The notes below the pieces were generated by a model. That model was not told where the DNA came from and did not search any database. It saw only the letters and a program-made list of their open reading frames with translations. From contig CALRBF010000001.1 in NCBI GenBank assembly GCA_943354045.1, positions 259,860-323,859 on the forward strand: a stretch of DNA of 64,000 nucleotides, read 5' to 3'. Within the stretch, counting starts at the first letter, position 1, and every line of letters starts with the position of its first letter. Below, piece after piece: positions 40,611 to 50,258 of this stretch. Made by a program: the position numbers and the translations under genes. The stretch comes from Parcubacteria group bacterium. Lineage in GTDB: Bacteria > Patescibacteriota > Minisyncoccia > SW-4-49-11.

Positions 40611-41534
40611 CTAAAGAATAATAGTCTCTTTTTCGATATTTTTGATATGCAGATTAATGAATTTATATTTTATTGCATTTTTATGAACAATATAAATTAC
40701 GAATCTTATTCCTGTCTGATACCAGCCTACAAAGGGAATAAGGCTTAAAAACACTACAAAGGATACCAAAGCTCCCCAAATAGGACCACTCATCCAAGGT
40801 TTAAGGAATTTGTTGACATAACTAACAAATCCTTCTGCAATCGGGGTATCCGGATTAAGAGAAATACCAAACTTTTCAGATAATGCAGTTACTTGCTGTT
40901 TGACTATTTCATCCTGATTAGTGACTTTGACTCCTAATGACTGTTCTCTAATTTGTCCTTCTATATAATTACCCACAGAGCCTTGTATATTTACTCCAGG
41001 GGCAACTTCTTTTAATAGAGGGCTCAAAGCAGTAACTTGGCTTGAGATAAATGATTCATCTAATATAATTCCATTGGGATTTGTTTTGATTGTATTTCCA
41101 TACACTAAAATAGAAGCTAACAGCATAAGCCAAATAACCAATCCACTTGTGTGGGGAAGAATAATGGTCTTCGCTCGAAACTTAATATGATCTTTTTCAC
41201 TGGTAATAATATTACGAGAAGTAGTTAATAATACTTCTATTCCTAAAAACAAAGTGGCAATTATCATACATTTTGTGATGATATCAAAAAACGGTATTAA
41301 TACAAGTAAAGGTATACTATGTATGGCAATAAGAGTTTTGATGTGTAAATAACTATCTTCAATACAAGAATACCAACCGAAAATCCCCACATATACTATT
41401 CCCCATATACTTGTGATGATAATACCCAGTAAACCCGCAATATAGCCACCTATTGTGAGGATAATACTACTTATTGTACAAAAAAATAATACCAATATTA
41501 TTATTTCTATATAGAGAATTTTTTTATTTTGCAT
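40611..41534 (-). CDS. Hypothetical polytopic membrane protein
   Basis: 307 aa, multiple hydrophobic helices. Confidence 0.45.
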   Translation of the reverse strand: MQNKKILYIEIIILVLFFCTISSIILTIGGYIAGLLGIIITSIWGIVYVGIFGWYSCIEDSYLHIKTLIAIHSIPLLVLIPFFDIITKCMIIATLFLGIEVLLTTSRNIITSEKDHIKFRAKTIILPHTSGLVIWLMLLASILVYGNTIKTNPNGIILDESFISSQVTALSPLLKEVAPGVNIQGSVGNYIEGQIREQSLGVKVTNQDEIVKQQVTALSEKFGISLNPDTPIAEGFVSYVNKFLKPWMSGPIWGALVSFVVFLSLIPFVGWYQTGIRFVIYIVHKNAIKYKFINLHIKNIEKETIIL

Positions 41535-41540
41535 ATATAT

Positions 41541-43313
41541 TTATCGTGAAAATTGTTTTTCAAACCAATCTTTATCTAATTGTACCATAGTTGGGCGTCC
41601 ATGACAGCAAGCAAATCCAAAGTCTGTCTTGGAGGCATCTTTAATCAAAGATTCTATTTCAGGCACTGTCATACTATAGCCTGCTTTGATAGCAGATTTA
41701 CAGGCTACTGTCTTTAATAATTCTACTCTTAGCTCTTTGATGTCTGTAGTATGACCTCTTTCTTGAATAAGAGCAATAAGCCCTGCAATATACTCTTCTG
41801 CTTTTTGTGTTTTGGCAAGGAATACTGGTATTGCTCGAATAATAATTTCAGCAGCTCCAAAATCATCAACCTCAAATCCTGGTAATTGAGATAATACTTC
41901 AATAGTTATATCTTTTTCTGATTGGGGCACATTATGTGCAATAGGGAATAATAATTGTTGAGAAGCCACGGGGTTATCTTGGCTCATCAATTGCTCTAGT
42001 ATAACTTTTTCATGAACTGCATGTTGATCCAGAATCATAATCCCTTGCTGATTTGGGTATACAATATAAGTGTCAAAAATATGAAGATATTGAGGTTTTT
42101 CCACTTCAGCTTCTAGTAATTCTCTAAAATTAGGTTTGAGTTTTTCAAAAGAATATTCATCTTTTGTATTATGTTGTTTGTGACGATACTCAGCAATATG
42201 GGGTTCTGATATATGAGAGGTTTGTGTTCGCTCTTTTAGGTGATAACCTTCAAAGGGCTTATCTGAAGAGGGTTTTGGTATATAGTTTGAGTTGGTCGGA
42301 GCATTAAAGGCGGGGGATTTTGGTTTTAAAACTACTTCAAAAGCTGATTTTTGCAAAGTATCTCGTATAATATATTTTACTGCTTGAAATATAGCTCTCT
42401 CATCTATGAATTTTACCTCTGTTTTACGAGGATGTACATTTACATCTACTGCTTCTGAGGGAATGGACAATGATACAAAGGCAAATGGATAATGACCAAC
42501 TTCTAACATAGTATCAAAACCTTGCTGTATGGCTTTGGTGAGCAATGGCTGTATAACCGGTCTATTATTGACAAATATATGATATTGAGGAGATTTTTTA
42601 GAAATACGAGGATGTCCAATAAAACCTCTTGCCTGTATATTGGCTCCTACCGAATCAAGGGGAAGTAAATATTCTGATTCTTGTACTTTCAAAATTGCTA
42701 TCACTCGAGACAAGGCATCGCTCGAACTAACATTAATAATTTCTCTTTTTTGAGAAGTATATATAAAAGATATCTCAGGATGTACTAAAGCAATTTCCTC
42801 AATAATACGGGTAATATGAGCAAGTTCGGTATTATGCGTTTTGAGAAATTTTTTGCGAGCAGGGACATTATAAAAGAGATTCCGAATAATAATAGTAGTA
42901 CCAGTATTATGTTTGGCAACTTGTTTAATCTCATCGGTATGAGGATTATATTGATATCCAGTCTCTTCTGTAGCGGTGCGTGTAATAAGTTCAACTTGAG
43001 CCACTGCCTGAATACTGGAGAGGGCCTCTCCTCGAAACCCCATAGTAGATAATGTTTGTAAATCCTCTATGCTCTGGATTTTGCTGGTAGCATGTCTTTG
43101 AAATACTTTATCAAAATCAGCCTTTTCAATACCAATACCATTATCTTTTATACTAATTTCCGTAAGTCCCGCATCTAATATATCAATACTAATATCAGTT
43201 GCTCCTGCATCGAGGGAGTTTTCAATTAATTCTTTTACAATAGAAGCTGGTCTCTCCACAACCTCTCCTGCCGCAATTTGATTAATTATGTGTTTGGGTA
43301 ATAATTGTATCAT
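41541..43313 (-). CDS. mutL: DNA mismatch repair protein MutL
   Basis: GHKL ATPase 'ELIENSLDAGA', 'GFRGEAL'; 4-nt overlap with mutS. Confidence 0.9.
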   Translation of the reverse strand: MIQLLPKHIINQIAAGEVVERPASIVKELIENSLDAGATDISIDILDAGLTEISIKDNGIGIEKADFDKVFQRHATSKIQSIEDLQTLSTMGFRGEALSSIQAVAQVELITRTATEETGYQYNPHTDEIKQVAKHNTGTTIIIRNLFYNVPARKKFLKTHNTELAHITRIIEEIALVHPEISFIYTSQKREIINVSSSDALSRVIAILKVQESEYLLPLDSVGANIQARGFIGHPRISKKSPQYHIFVNNRPVIQPLLTKAIQQGFDTMLEVGHYPFAFVSLSIPSEAVDVNVHPRKTEVKFIDERAIFQAVKYIIRDTLQKSAFEVVLKPKSPAFNAPTNSNYIPKPSSDKPFEGYHLKERTQTSHISEPHIAEYRHKQHNTKDEYSFEKLKPNFRELLEAEVEKPQYLHIFDTYIVYPNQQGIMILDQHAVHEKVILEQLMSQDNPVASQQLLFPIAHNVPQSEKDITIEVLSQLPGFEVDDFGAAEIIIRAIPVFLAKTQKAEEYIAGLIALIQERGHTTDIKELRVELLKTVACKSAIKAGYSMTVPEIESLIKDASKTDFGFACCHGRPTMVQLDKDWFEKQFSR

Positions 43314-45859
43314 AATGAATTTTTCTCTTGTAATGTGGCCAATATACTCAAAGCCTCCAGCGGGGTAATATCATTGAGATTATATGAATGAATATCGTGT
43401 AATAATGCTTTATATTTAGAAATATCAGGATGAGGAGTTATAATAGGCTGACTAGGGGTACTCGGCAAAAAAGATATTTGAGATTTTTTTTGCTCATATT
43501 GGTCTAAAGCTTTCTTTGCTAATTCTAACACATCAGAGGGAAATCCTGCTAACTGGGCTATTGCAATTCCATAGCTTTTATCTGCTCCACCCTTTTCAAT
43601 ACGGTGCAGGAACACAATATCTCCATTTGATTCTTGAATTTTTACCTGATAATTAACCACGCCCTTAAATTCACTTTCCAGCCCTAATAACTCATGATAA
43701 TGTGTCGCAAATAGAGTTCTGGCTCTGATAGTATTATGAATATATTCAATTAGTCCGCGTGCTATACTCATTCCATCATAGGTAGAAGTACCTCTACCCA
43801 CTTCATCCAGAATAATCAAACTCAAGTCTGTTGCATTATGCAAAATATTTGCAACTTCCAACATCTCCACCATAAAGGTACTTTGACCCTCTCCCATATT
43901 GTCTGAAGCCCCAACTCGGGTAAATATTCTATCCACGATACCAATACGAGCTTGTTGAGCTGGGACATAATAGCCCATTTGAGCCAATAATACAATTAAT
44001 GCAATTTGCCTAATATAAGTCGACTTCCCCCCCATATTAGGGCCCGTGATTAGCATCAGAGAATGATTAGGCTCAGTGAGTTCACAGTGATTGGGAATAT
44101 ATTCTGATACAATTTGCTCTAATACCGGATGGCGGCCAGATTCTATCTCAATATTTTTATCATTATGTATTTGAGGTCTTGTATATTTCCAGTTTATCGC
44201 AAGTTCAGCTCCTGATTGTATACAGTCAATATAGGCAATAGCCTCTGATATGGTATATATTTCATTTACATATTGCAGAATTAATTGTCGAAGCTCCTCG
44301 AATATAATTTGCTCTTGGGCCAAGAGATCAGCCTCTGAGGCTAATATTTTTTCTTCAAATTCTTTGAGTTCTGGCGTAATATATCTCTCGGCATTAGCTA
44401 ATGTTTGTTTTTTGATATAATCATCAGGGAGACTAATTTGTTTATAGGCATTACTAATTTCAATATAATAGCCAAATACCTTATTATATTTTACTTTGAG
44501 GGAATTAATACCTGATCTTTGTTGTTCGCGAGCTTGAAAATCTAATAACCAATCCTTACCTCCCTGACTCAGATCGAGCAAAGCATCAATATCATCCCGA
44601 TATCCTCTTGCAACAAAACCACCATCACGGGCAAGTAATGGGACGCTCTCCTGTAAAGCCTTGCTAAGTTCCTCTCTTAGAGGCTGTAATTCTCGTATAG
44701 CCTTAGTCGCTAATTGAGTATAATCTTCGATATCGATATTCAATATATTCTCAATATAATTAAAACTTTGATTCAAGAGCAACATATCTCTTGGGCCTCC
44801 CACATTACTAGAAAGCCGAGCCAATAATCTTTCAATATCTGCAATAGAGACACATATTCCTCTTATCTCTTGTCTTTTGGCAGTATTCTCAACATAACCT
44901 GAGATATGATTTTGCCTTAATTCAATATGATGTATATCAAGAAGAGGGTTAAGTATCCATTGACGCAATAATCGTATACCGAGTGCAGTCTTGGTATAAT
45001 TAATAGCCTGATAAAAACTTTTGGCCTTATTACTTGCCCGATTAACCTGGAATAATTCTAAATTCTGTATTGTCTGAGCATCTAATTGCATATATTGAGA
45101 TTGTCTCATTTCTTGTAATCGAGTAATATGCCTTAAATCCTCTTGTTGTGTATAGACAAGATAAGACAGCAGAGCCCCTGCTGGTATCAGTCTATTATCC
45201 TCAATATCAAACCCAAAGCCAGACATATTACTAATACCAAAATGCTTAGTCAATACTTCCTCGGCTCTTGCTAATTCAAAATTCCAACGAGACTCTGAGA
45301 CTATTTTTATCCCTAAATCCTGTATCAAATTGATAATATGAGCATTCTCTGGAATAATTACTTCTCTCACTTGCCTTGCCTTCAATATATCTCTTATCTC
45401 ATTTTCCCCAAATTGACCTGTCTCAAATAATCCCGTACCCAAATCAGCAAAAGATACAAAAAACCCTTTTTTATTCTGATATATACTCGCAATATATCGT
45501 GATTCTGCCGATTCACCTTCTAGTAAAGCCGTACCAGGGGTAATAACCTTTACTACTTTACGAGGTACTAAACCCTTAATCTCTGAGGCATTGCCTTGTT
45601 GCTCACATATAGCCACTGAATATCCTGCCCGAATCAGCTTTTTGATATATTGAGCTGAAGAATGATAAGGGACTCCACACATCGGGATTACACCGTCCAC
45701 CGTATTCTTCCGAGCAGTCAAGACTAAATCTAGAATAGGAGCTGCTAACTTCGCATCCTCACCAAACATTTCATAAAAATCCCCTAGGCGAAAAAACAAA
45801 ATATCATTAGGATATGCCTGTTTTAATTCATAGAATTGAGTCATCATCGGAGAAGGCAT
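43310..45859 (-). CDS. mutS: DNA mismatch repair protein MutS
   Basis: 'TPMMQQY'-like N-terminus 'MMTQFYELK'; Walker A 'GPNMGGKSTYIRQ'; 849 aa. Confidence 0.92.
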   Translation of the reverse strand: MPSPMMTQFYELKQAYPNDILFFRLGDFYEMFGEDAKLAAPILDLVLTARKNTVDGVIPMCGVPYHSSAQYIKKLIRAGYSVAICEQQGNASEIKGLVPRKVVKVITPGTALLEGESAESRYIASIYQNKKGFFVSFADLGTGLFETGQFGENEIRDILKARQVREVIIPENAHIINLIQDLGIKIVSESRWNFELARAEEVLTKHFGISNMSGFGFDIEDNRLIPAGALLSYLVYTQQEDLRHITRLQEMRQSQYMQLDAQTIQNLELFQVNRASNKAKSFYQAINYTKTALGIRLLRQWILNPLLDIHHIELRQNHISGYVENTAKRQEIRGICVSIADIERLLARLSSNVGGPRDMLLLNQSFNYIENILNIDIEDYTQLATKAIRELQPLREELSKALQESVPLLARDGGFVARGYRDDIDALLDLSQGGKDWLLDFQAREQQRSGINSLKVKYNKVFGYYIEISNAYKQISLPDDYIKKQTLANAERYITPELKEFEEKILASEADLLAQEQIIFEELRQLILQYVNEIYTISEAIAYIDCIQSGAELAINWKYTRPQIHNDKNIEIESGRHPVLEQIVSEYIPNHCELTEPNHSLMLITGPNMGGKSTYIRQIALIVLLAQMGYYVPAQQARIGIVDRIFTRVGASDNMGEGQSTFMVEMLEVANILHNATDLSLIILDEVGRGTSTYDGMSIARGLIEYIHNTIRARTLFATHYHELLGLESEFKGVVNYQVKIQESNGDIVFLHRIEKGGADKSYGIAIAQLAGFPSDVLELAKKALDQYEQKKSQISFLPSTPSQPIITPHPDISKYKALLHDIHSYNLNDITPLEALSILATLQEKNSL

Positions 45860-45922
45860 AACTTGCAGTCATTATCTTTATTATCACTATATCTATTATA
45901 GCAAATAATCCTAAAAGCTTCT

Positions 45923-45954
45923 AAAAAAAAACCCGCGATTGCACGCGGGGGGGG
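45923..45954 (-). terminator. Terminator between ORF 45968..46414 and mutS
   Basis: 'cccgcg attgca cgcggg' with a T9 run on the minus strand; an adjacent G9/C9 tract. Confidence 0.6.
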
Positions 45955-45967
45955 GTATCTGTCATCT

Positions 45968-46414
45968 TTATGTCACTATTTCAATTTTACCCACCCTTAT
46001 CCATTCACAATCATTTGGACTAGGACAAATAGGGCCTCTCATTCTTATTTGATACAAAAGATGTATTTTTATTTTTGCCCCAATGAATAAGAGTGACTTT
46101 TTCATTGACCCTGCCCCCGGACCCCATTTTGGGAGAATTCCTACTCTTGACTGATAATCAAAGTGTAAAATATCACTATCACTTAACTCCCACTCTTCAA
46201 TAAATTTAATAATAATATACTCTGGAGGTTGTATATTAGCACCTTCAAACTTTTGTTGAGAGTCATTAGAAATAGTTAAGGCCATTCTTCTATATTCCCT
46301 ATCAAGTTTTGTAAGGATATAATCCAAACTGTACAATCTACTAAAGTCTGATGAGTTGAAAATTACGAATTCTGCCTCCTCGAATACATCTATATCAGAT
46401 TGAGAGTTAGCCAT
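45968..46414 (-). CDS. Hypothetical protein
   Basis: 148-aa ORF with its own terminator. Confidence 0.4.
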   Translation of the reverse strand: MANSQSDIDVFEEAEFVIFNSSDFSRLYSLDYILTKLDREYRRMALTISNDSQQKFEGANIQPPEYIIIKFIEEWELSDSDILHFDYQSRVGILPKWGPGAGSMKKSLLFIGAKIKIHLLYQIRMRGPICPSPNDCEWIRVGKIEIVT

Positions 46415-46519
46415 AATACCCTCCTCAGGGTGAAAATTGAACCCTAGATTACTCTAGAGCCTGGACAAACAGAAACATATCATATTTTTAAGCTTTTGTA
46501 AACTATCTGTCAAATTAAA

Positions 46520-46745
46520 TTCTTCGTAGGGGCGACCTTTCAGTCGCCTGTGCTTTATAAAGATCATTTATTGCAGGAGACAAGAAAATACTGTCCTCCT
46601 TTGCCTGCCTGCGGTAGGCAGGCAGGCAAAGGAGGTGGATTGGGTTTCAGATTACATTTTATCCACCCTCCCCCTACGGGTACTCCCTCCAAAGGGAGAC
46701 AAAAACACAACTTCACGCAAACTCACACATGGCTCCGACTTTCGA
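46520..46745. repeat. Mosaic palindromic repeat (m3 + m1 long palindrome + m4)
   Basis: 'cgtaggggcgacctttcagtcgcc', 'ctgtcctcctttgcctgcctgcggtaggcaggcaggcaaaggagg', 'ttatccaccctccccctacgggtactccctccaaagggagac'. Confidence 0.75.
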
Positions 46746-46752
46746 GTCCTGA

Positions 46753-46786
46753 GCAATAGTCAAAACTGACTATTGCTTTTTATTTT
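46753..46786 (+). terminator. Plus-strand intrinsic terminator immediately after the repeat
   Basis: 'gcaatagtca aaac tgactattgc' followed by 'tttttatttt'. Confidence 0.55.
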
Positions 46787-46799
46787 ATTCTTTGTACTA

Positions 46800-46886
46800 G
46801 GAGAGGGACTCGAACCCTCACAGTGTTTAATCACCGACGGATTTTAAGTCCGTTGCGTCTACCATTCCGCCACCCTAGCTGGTGTT
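46800..46886 (-). tRNA. tRNA-Leu (anticodon TAA)
   Basis: Reverse complement 'gctagggtggcggaatggtagacgc aacgga cttaaaa tccgt...gagggttcgagtccctc'; long variable arm; ends approximate. Confidence 0.8.
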
Positions 46887-46973
46887 TCACTATTGTACAT
46901 TATTTCTATTTACTTGGCAAGATAATAGTTTTTTTATTTTCTCTATACTATCTATTGTTCTACATGGAACAGC

Positions 46974-47360
46974 TTAGTCAAGCCCTTCTAATATATTAGG
47001 ATAAAAACGAATATAACTTTTACGATGACAATTATCCACAATACAGCCAATAGCATCTATTGTAATATCCATATTCTCTAATTTCTGCTTCTGCACATAG
47101 ATTAGAGCTCCTTTTTTGAGATGTTGTACCTTGCGTGGAGTAATATTATATATGGGGAATTCGAGGTTTTCCACAAGTTTTCCACATTTATACACAGTTT
47201 TCACTTCTATGATGTGGAGAACCTTATCCTTGCTCGCAATAATATCGAGTTCAGATAATTTTCCTAGTCTGACATTCTGATCAATAATTTCAAACCCCTT
47301 AGATAATAAAAACTTTATTGCCAATCTCTCCCCAAGACTACCTTTATCTTTTGTATCCAT
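46974..47360 (-). CDS. yraN: YraN-family (UPF0102) endonuclease
   Basis: 'LGERLAIKFLLSKGFEIIDQNVR...LDIIASKDKVLHIIEVKT'. Confidence 0.75.
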   Translation of the reverse strand: MDTKDKGSLGERLAIKFLLSKGFEIIDQNVRLGKLSELDIIASKDKVLHIIEVKTVYKCGKLVENLEFPIYNITPRKVQHLKKGALIYVQKQKLENMDITIDAIGCIVDNCHRKSYIRFYPNILEGLD

Positions 47361-48603
47361 AAATTCTTGTATAATACTCTAATATAATAATCGTAATAAG
47401 CAAAACCATCCCCACAAACCCAATTTCACTCCATATTAAGAGAAAAATATTATGCACAGGTTCATATTGCCAGAATTCTCTACCCACATCTGGGAGACTA
47501 GCAACATATTGCCCCAAACCAATACCCCAAAACCAATTATTTTGAATTATTTGCCAAGCATCTTCTATATAATAGATTCTTTTAGATATTGTCGCAACAA
47601 TTTGAGTATAAGGGATAATTAAAGTAATCAAGAGACTTCCCACAATAATAGCTCTCCACGTGATTCTCCCTATACTTCTCATATTGTTTTGAAATTGTTC
47701 CATATGGAACAATTGAGAGTTTCTCAACATTGTCAAATATATTACATCTAGCGGAATAATAAGTATGAGAGCCACCTTAGAGAATGTTAGCAGAATAATA
47801 CTATGTAAGACCAAAATACTTAATTGGGTAAACCATCGGGGAAATTGAATACTTTTCCCATATCCAATATATAGTCCCGTGATTATTGCAATTACAAAAG
47901 CCTGTATCGATGTAATAAGATAATGATCAATAAATCCAGCGAAAACCAATATTAGACCATATACTATACTGGCTTGCTTTCGGGTAAACATCGCAATATA
48001 TACTATAAGCAAAGCCATCAAAGCCGCAAAGGCGAGTATATTAGGATGAGGGAAAGTTCCATAAGCTCGAATAAAAACACCCCCATTAATTATTGTTTTG
48101 GATATTCCTGCTAAAAGCGGGGATAATGCCGGCTCTACAACTAATGGCAAATTAAGATTTTTTTGTAATATTATCTGCATTATTGCAATAAGACTTTGTC
48201 CCAGCATCCCAATAACAAAACCCTGCGCAATAAAGGCTAAAGATTTGGCCCAATTTTGTAATCGAGATATATACCAGACAATACTTATTCCCAAATAAAA
48301 CCTAAGTCCATAAACCCAGCTTATAAGCGGGTATTCAGCAAATATTCCCCGTAAAAATATATAGGAAAACAGAATTACCCACAACTTATCCACAATACTA
48401 CCATAACTAAATGGGAGTTTTTTGGTTATAAATATCAAATACCCCCATATCAAAAAAAGTAATATATCGAGGCTATACCAATATATCGTAAGATAGGGAG
48501 AAATAACTCCTTGTAAGGGGTAACTCACAAGAGTTGTACGTATTAAAAAGGGAATACTAATTCCTATTAATCCCAATACTATTGGTATACTTGCCTTTTT
48601 CAT
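47344..48603 (-). CDS. Polytopic membrane protein (possibly O-antigen ligase/Wzy-like)
   Basis: 419 aa with at least 10 hydrophobic helices; family call is tentative. Confidence 0.35.
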   Translation of the reverse strand: MKKASIPIVLGLIGISIPFLIRTTLVSYPLQGVISPYLTIYWYSLDILLFLIWGYLIFITKKLPFSYGSIVDKLWVILFSYIFLRGIFAEYPLISWVYGLRFYLGISIVWYISRLQNWAKSLAFIAQGFVIGMLGQSLIAIMQIILQKNLNLPLVVEPALSPLLAGISKTIINGGVFIRAYGTFPHPNILAFAALMALLIVYIAMFTRKQASIVYGLILVFAGFIDHYLITSIQAFVIAIITGLYIGYGKSIQFPRWFTQLSILVLHSIILLTFSKVALILIIPLDVIYLTMLRNSQLFHMEQFQNNMRSIGRITWRAIIVGSLLITLIIPYTQIVATISKRIYYIEDAWQIIQNNWFWGIGLGQYVASLPDVGREFWQYEPVHNIFLLIWSEIGFVGMVLLITIIILEYYTRIYGYKR

Positions 48604-48752
48604 CTCTTTTCTTTATCGATATTCAGTATTTCTGTATTCAAGAGCAATATAGTATGCTATTATAATCATATCATATACAAATATATGGATAACTTGTATA
48701 AAAAGACATACTTATACCCAGGTTATCCACAATTACCCCCTAGATAAATCTC

Positions 48753-49739
48753 ATGGCATTCAAAAATATTGTTGTTATTGGTGGAGGAACAGGAAGCTTT
48801 ACCGTATTATCTGGGCTTAAAGTTTTTAATAATCTCAATCTTCAGGCCATTGTCACTATGGCTGATAATGGTGGTTCTACAGGGAAGCTCAGAGACGAAT
48901 TAGGAGTACTTCCCCCGGGAGATGCTCGGCAATGCCTAGTTGCTTTAGCTGAATCTCCTGAGATTTTAAGAGAATTATTCAATTATCGATTTGACTCTGG
49001 GGAATTATCTGGACATAATTTTGGAAATTTATTTTTATCAGCCCTTGAAAAGGTTACGGGAAATTTTGAGGAAGCCATTAAAACCGCAAGCAATATCCTG
49101 TCAATTAGAGGGCAAGTTATACCTGTTACTACTGAAAATATACATCTTGCACTTACTCTTGGCAATGGAGATATTTTATTAGGAGAAGATTGTATTTCCT
49201 CATCTGAAATCCTCTCCCAACATAGCGTAAAACATATTGAATTAACTCCTGAGACAGAAATCAATCCCAAAGCCTATGATGCCATTATGAAAGCTGATAC
49301 CGTCATTATTGGGCCGGGGAATTTTTATTGTAGTTTGGCTCCCAATATGATTGTACCTGGTATGAAAGAGGCTTTGAGCAAAACTTCCGCCCAGATTATT
49401 TATAATGTAAATTTAATGTCTAAAGTTGGACATTCCAATAATTGGTCAGTAGAAAAACATATTGATGAATTACATCGATTTATTGGGACAGAAGTTATTG
49501 ATATTGCCCTATATAATACTACTCACCCCAATAAAGAATTAGTAGAAAAGTATAAAGAAGAAGGAGAGCCTGTTGCTCGGAGCACTAAATCATCTAAAAG
49601 AGGCAAAACCACCCTTATTGGAGTAGATCTTATCGCAGACACTATATTTATCAATTCCAATAAAAAAGACCCTATACGCCGCACTTTAATCCGTCACGAT
49701 CCCTTGAAGCTCGCTGAAGCTTTGTATCGGCTAATTTAA
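48753..49739 (+). CDS. YvcK/CofD-family (gluconeogenesis factor, UPF0052) protein
   Basis: 'VVIGGGTGSFTVLSGLK', 'MADNGGSTGKLR'. Confidence 0.8.
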   Translation: MAFKNIVVIGGGTGSFTVLSGLKVFNNLNLQAIVTMADNGGSTGKLRDELGVLPPGDARQCLVALAESPEILRELFNYRFDSGELSGHNFGNLFLSALEKVTGNFEEAIKTASNILSIRGQVIPVTTENIHLALTLGNGDILLGEDCISSSEILSQHSVKHIELTPETEINPKAYDAIMKADTVIIGPGNFYCSLAPNMIVPGMKEALSKTSAQIIYNVNLMSKVGHSNNWSVEKHIDELHRFIGTEVIDIALYNTTHPNKELVEKYKEEGEPVARSTKSSKRGKTTLIGVDLIADTIFINSNKKDPIRRTLIRHDPLKLAEALYRLI

Positions 49740-49905
49740 TTATAAATTATTTTATTGTTGCCTTAAATTCCCCTCCCCATTTAAAGAACGCATATAAAAA
49801 TTTCAAAGCACTTGCAATTTAATAACATTTTGTGGTATATAAATATGGTAAACTCGCTCCAAAATTTGTCATGGTTTTTTTTCTTTTCTCAAGCCTACTC
49901 TCAAA

Positions 49906-50139
49906 ATGAAGAAATGTGATTGGGCTGCAATAATGACAGATGAAAATTATAATTTGTTGATAAAAAGAATCAGAAAGAGATATCATAAAGATTTAGATAT
50001 ATTGAGAAATGAGATTCTAGGTATTATACATTCTTCCAATTATAAATATGATGATCTTTTAACCTTCACAGTACCTAGTCATTCATGCAAACATACTATA
50101 CTTAGACTTTTATACTCTTGGAATTATAGCCCAGCATAA
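49906..50139 (+). CDS. Hypothetical small protein
   Basis: 77-aa ORF followed by a repeat and a terminator. Confidence 0.3.
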   Translation: MKKCDWAAIMTDENYNLLIKRIRKRYHKDLDILRNEILGIIHSSNYKYDDLLTFTVPSHSCKHTILRLLYSWNYSPA

Positions 50140-50154
50140 TCAAGAATCTGACAA

Positions 50155-50225
50155 AAACAGAGGGGTAAACCCCCTCCTAAACAAAGTATAAGAGGGGCTT
50201 AAAGCCTCTACTACGAAATCACACT
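50155..50225. repeat. Mosaic repeat (m5 type)
   Basis: 'gaggggtaaaccccctcctaaac...gaggggcttaaagcctctactacgaaa', homologous to 5885-5950. Confidence 0.65.
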
Positions 50226-50228
50226 CCC

Positions 50229-50258
50229 AGCCTCACAATGTGGGGCCTTTTTATTTTT
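50229..50258 (+). terminator. Plus-strand terminator
   Basis: 'gcctcac aat gtggggc' followed by 'ctttttattttt'. Confidence 0.55.
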
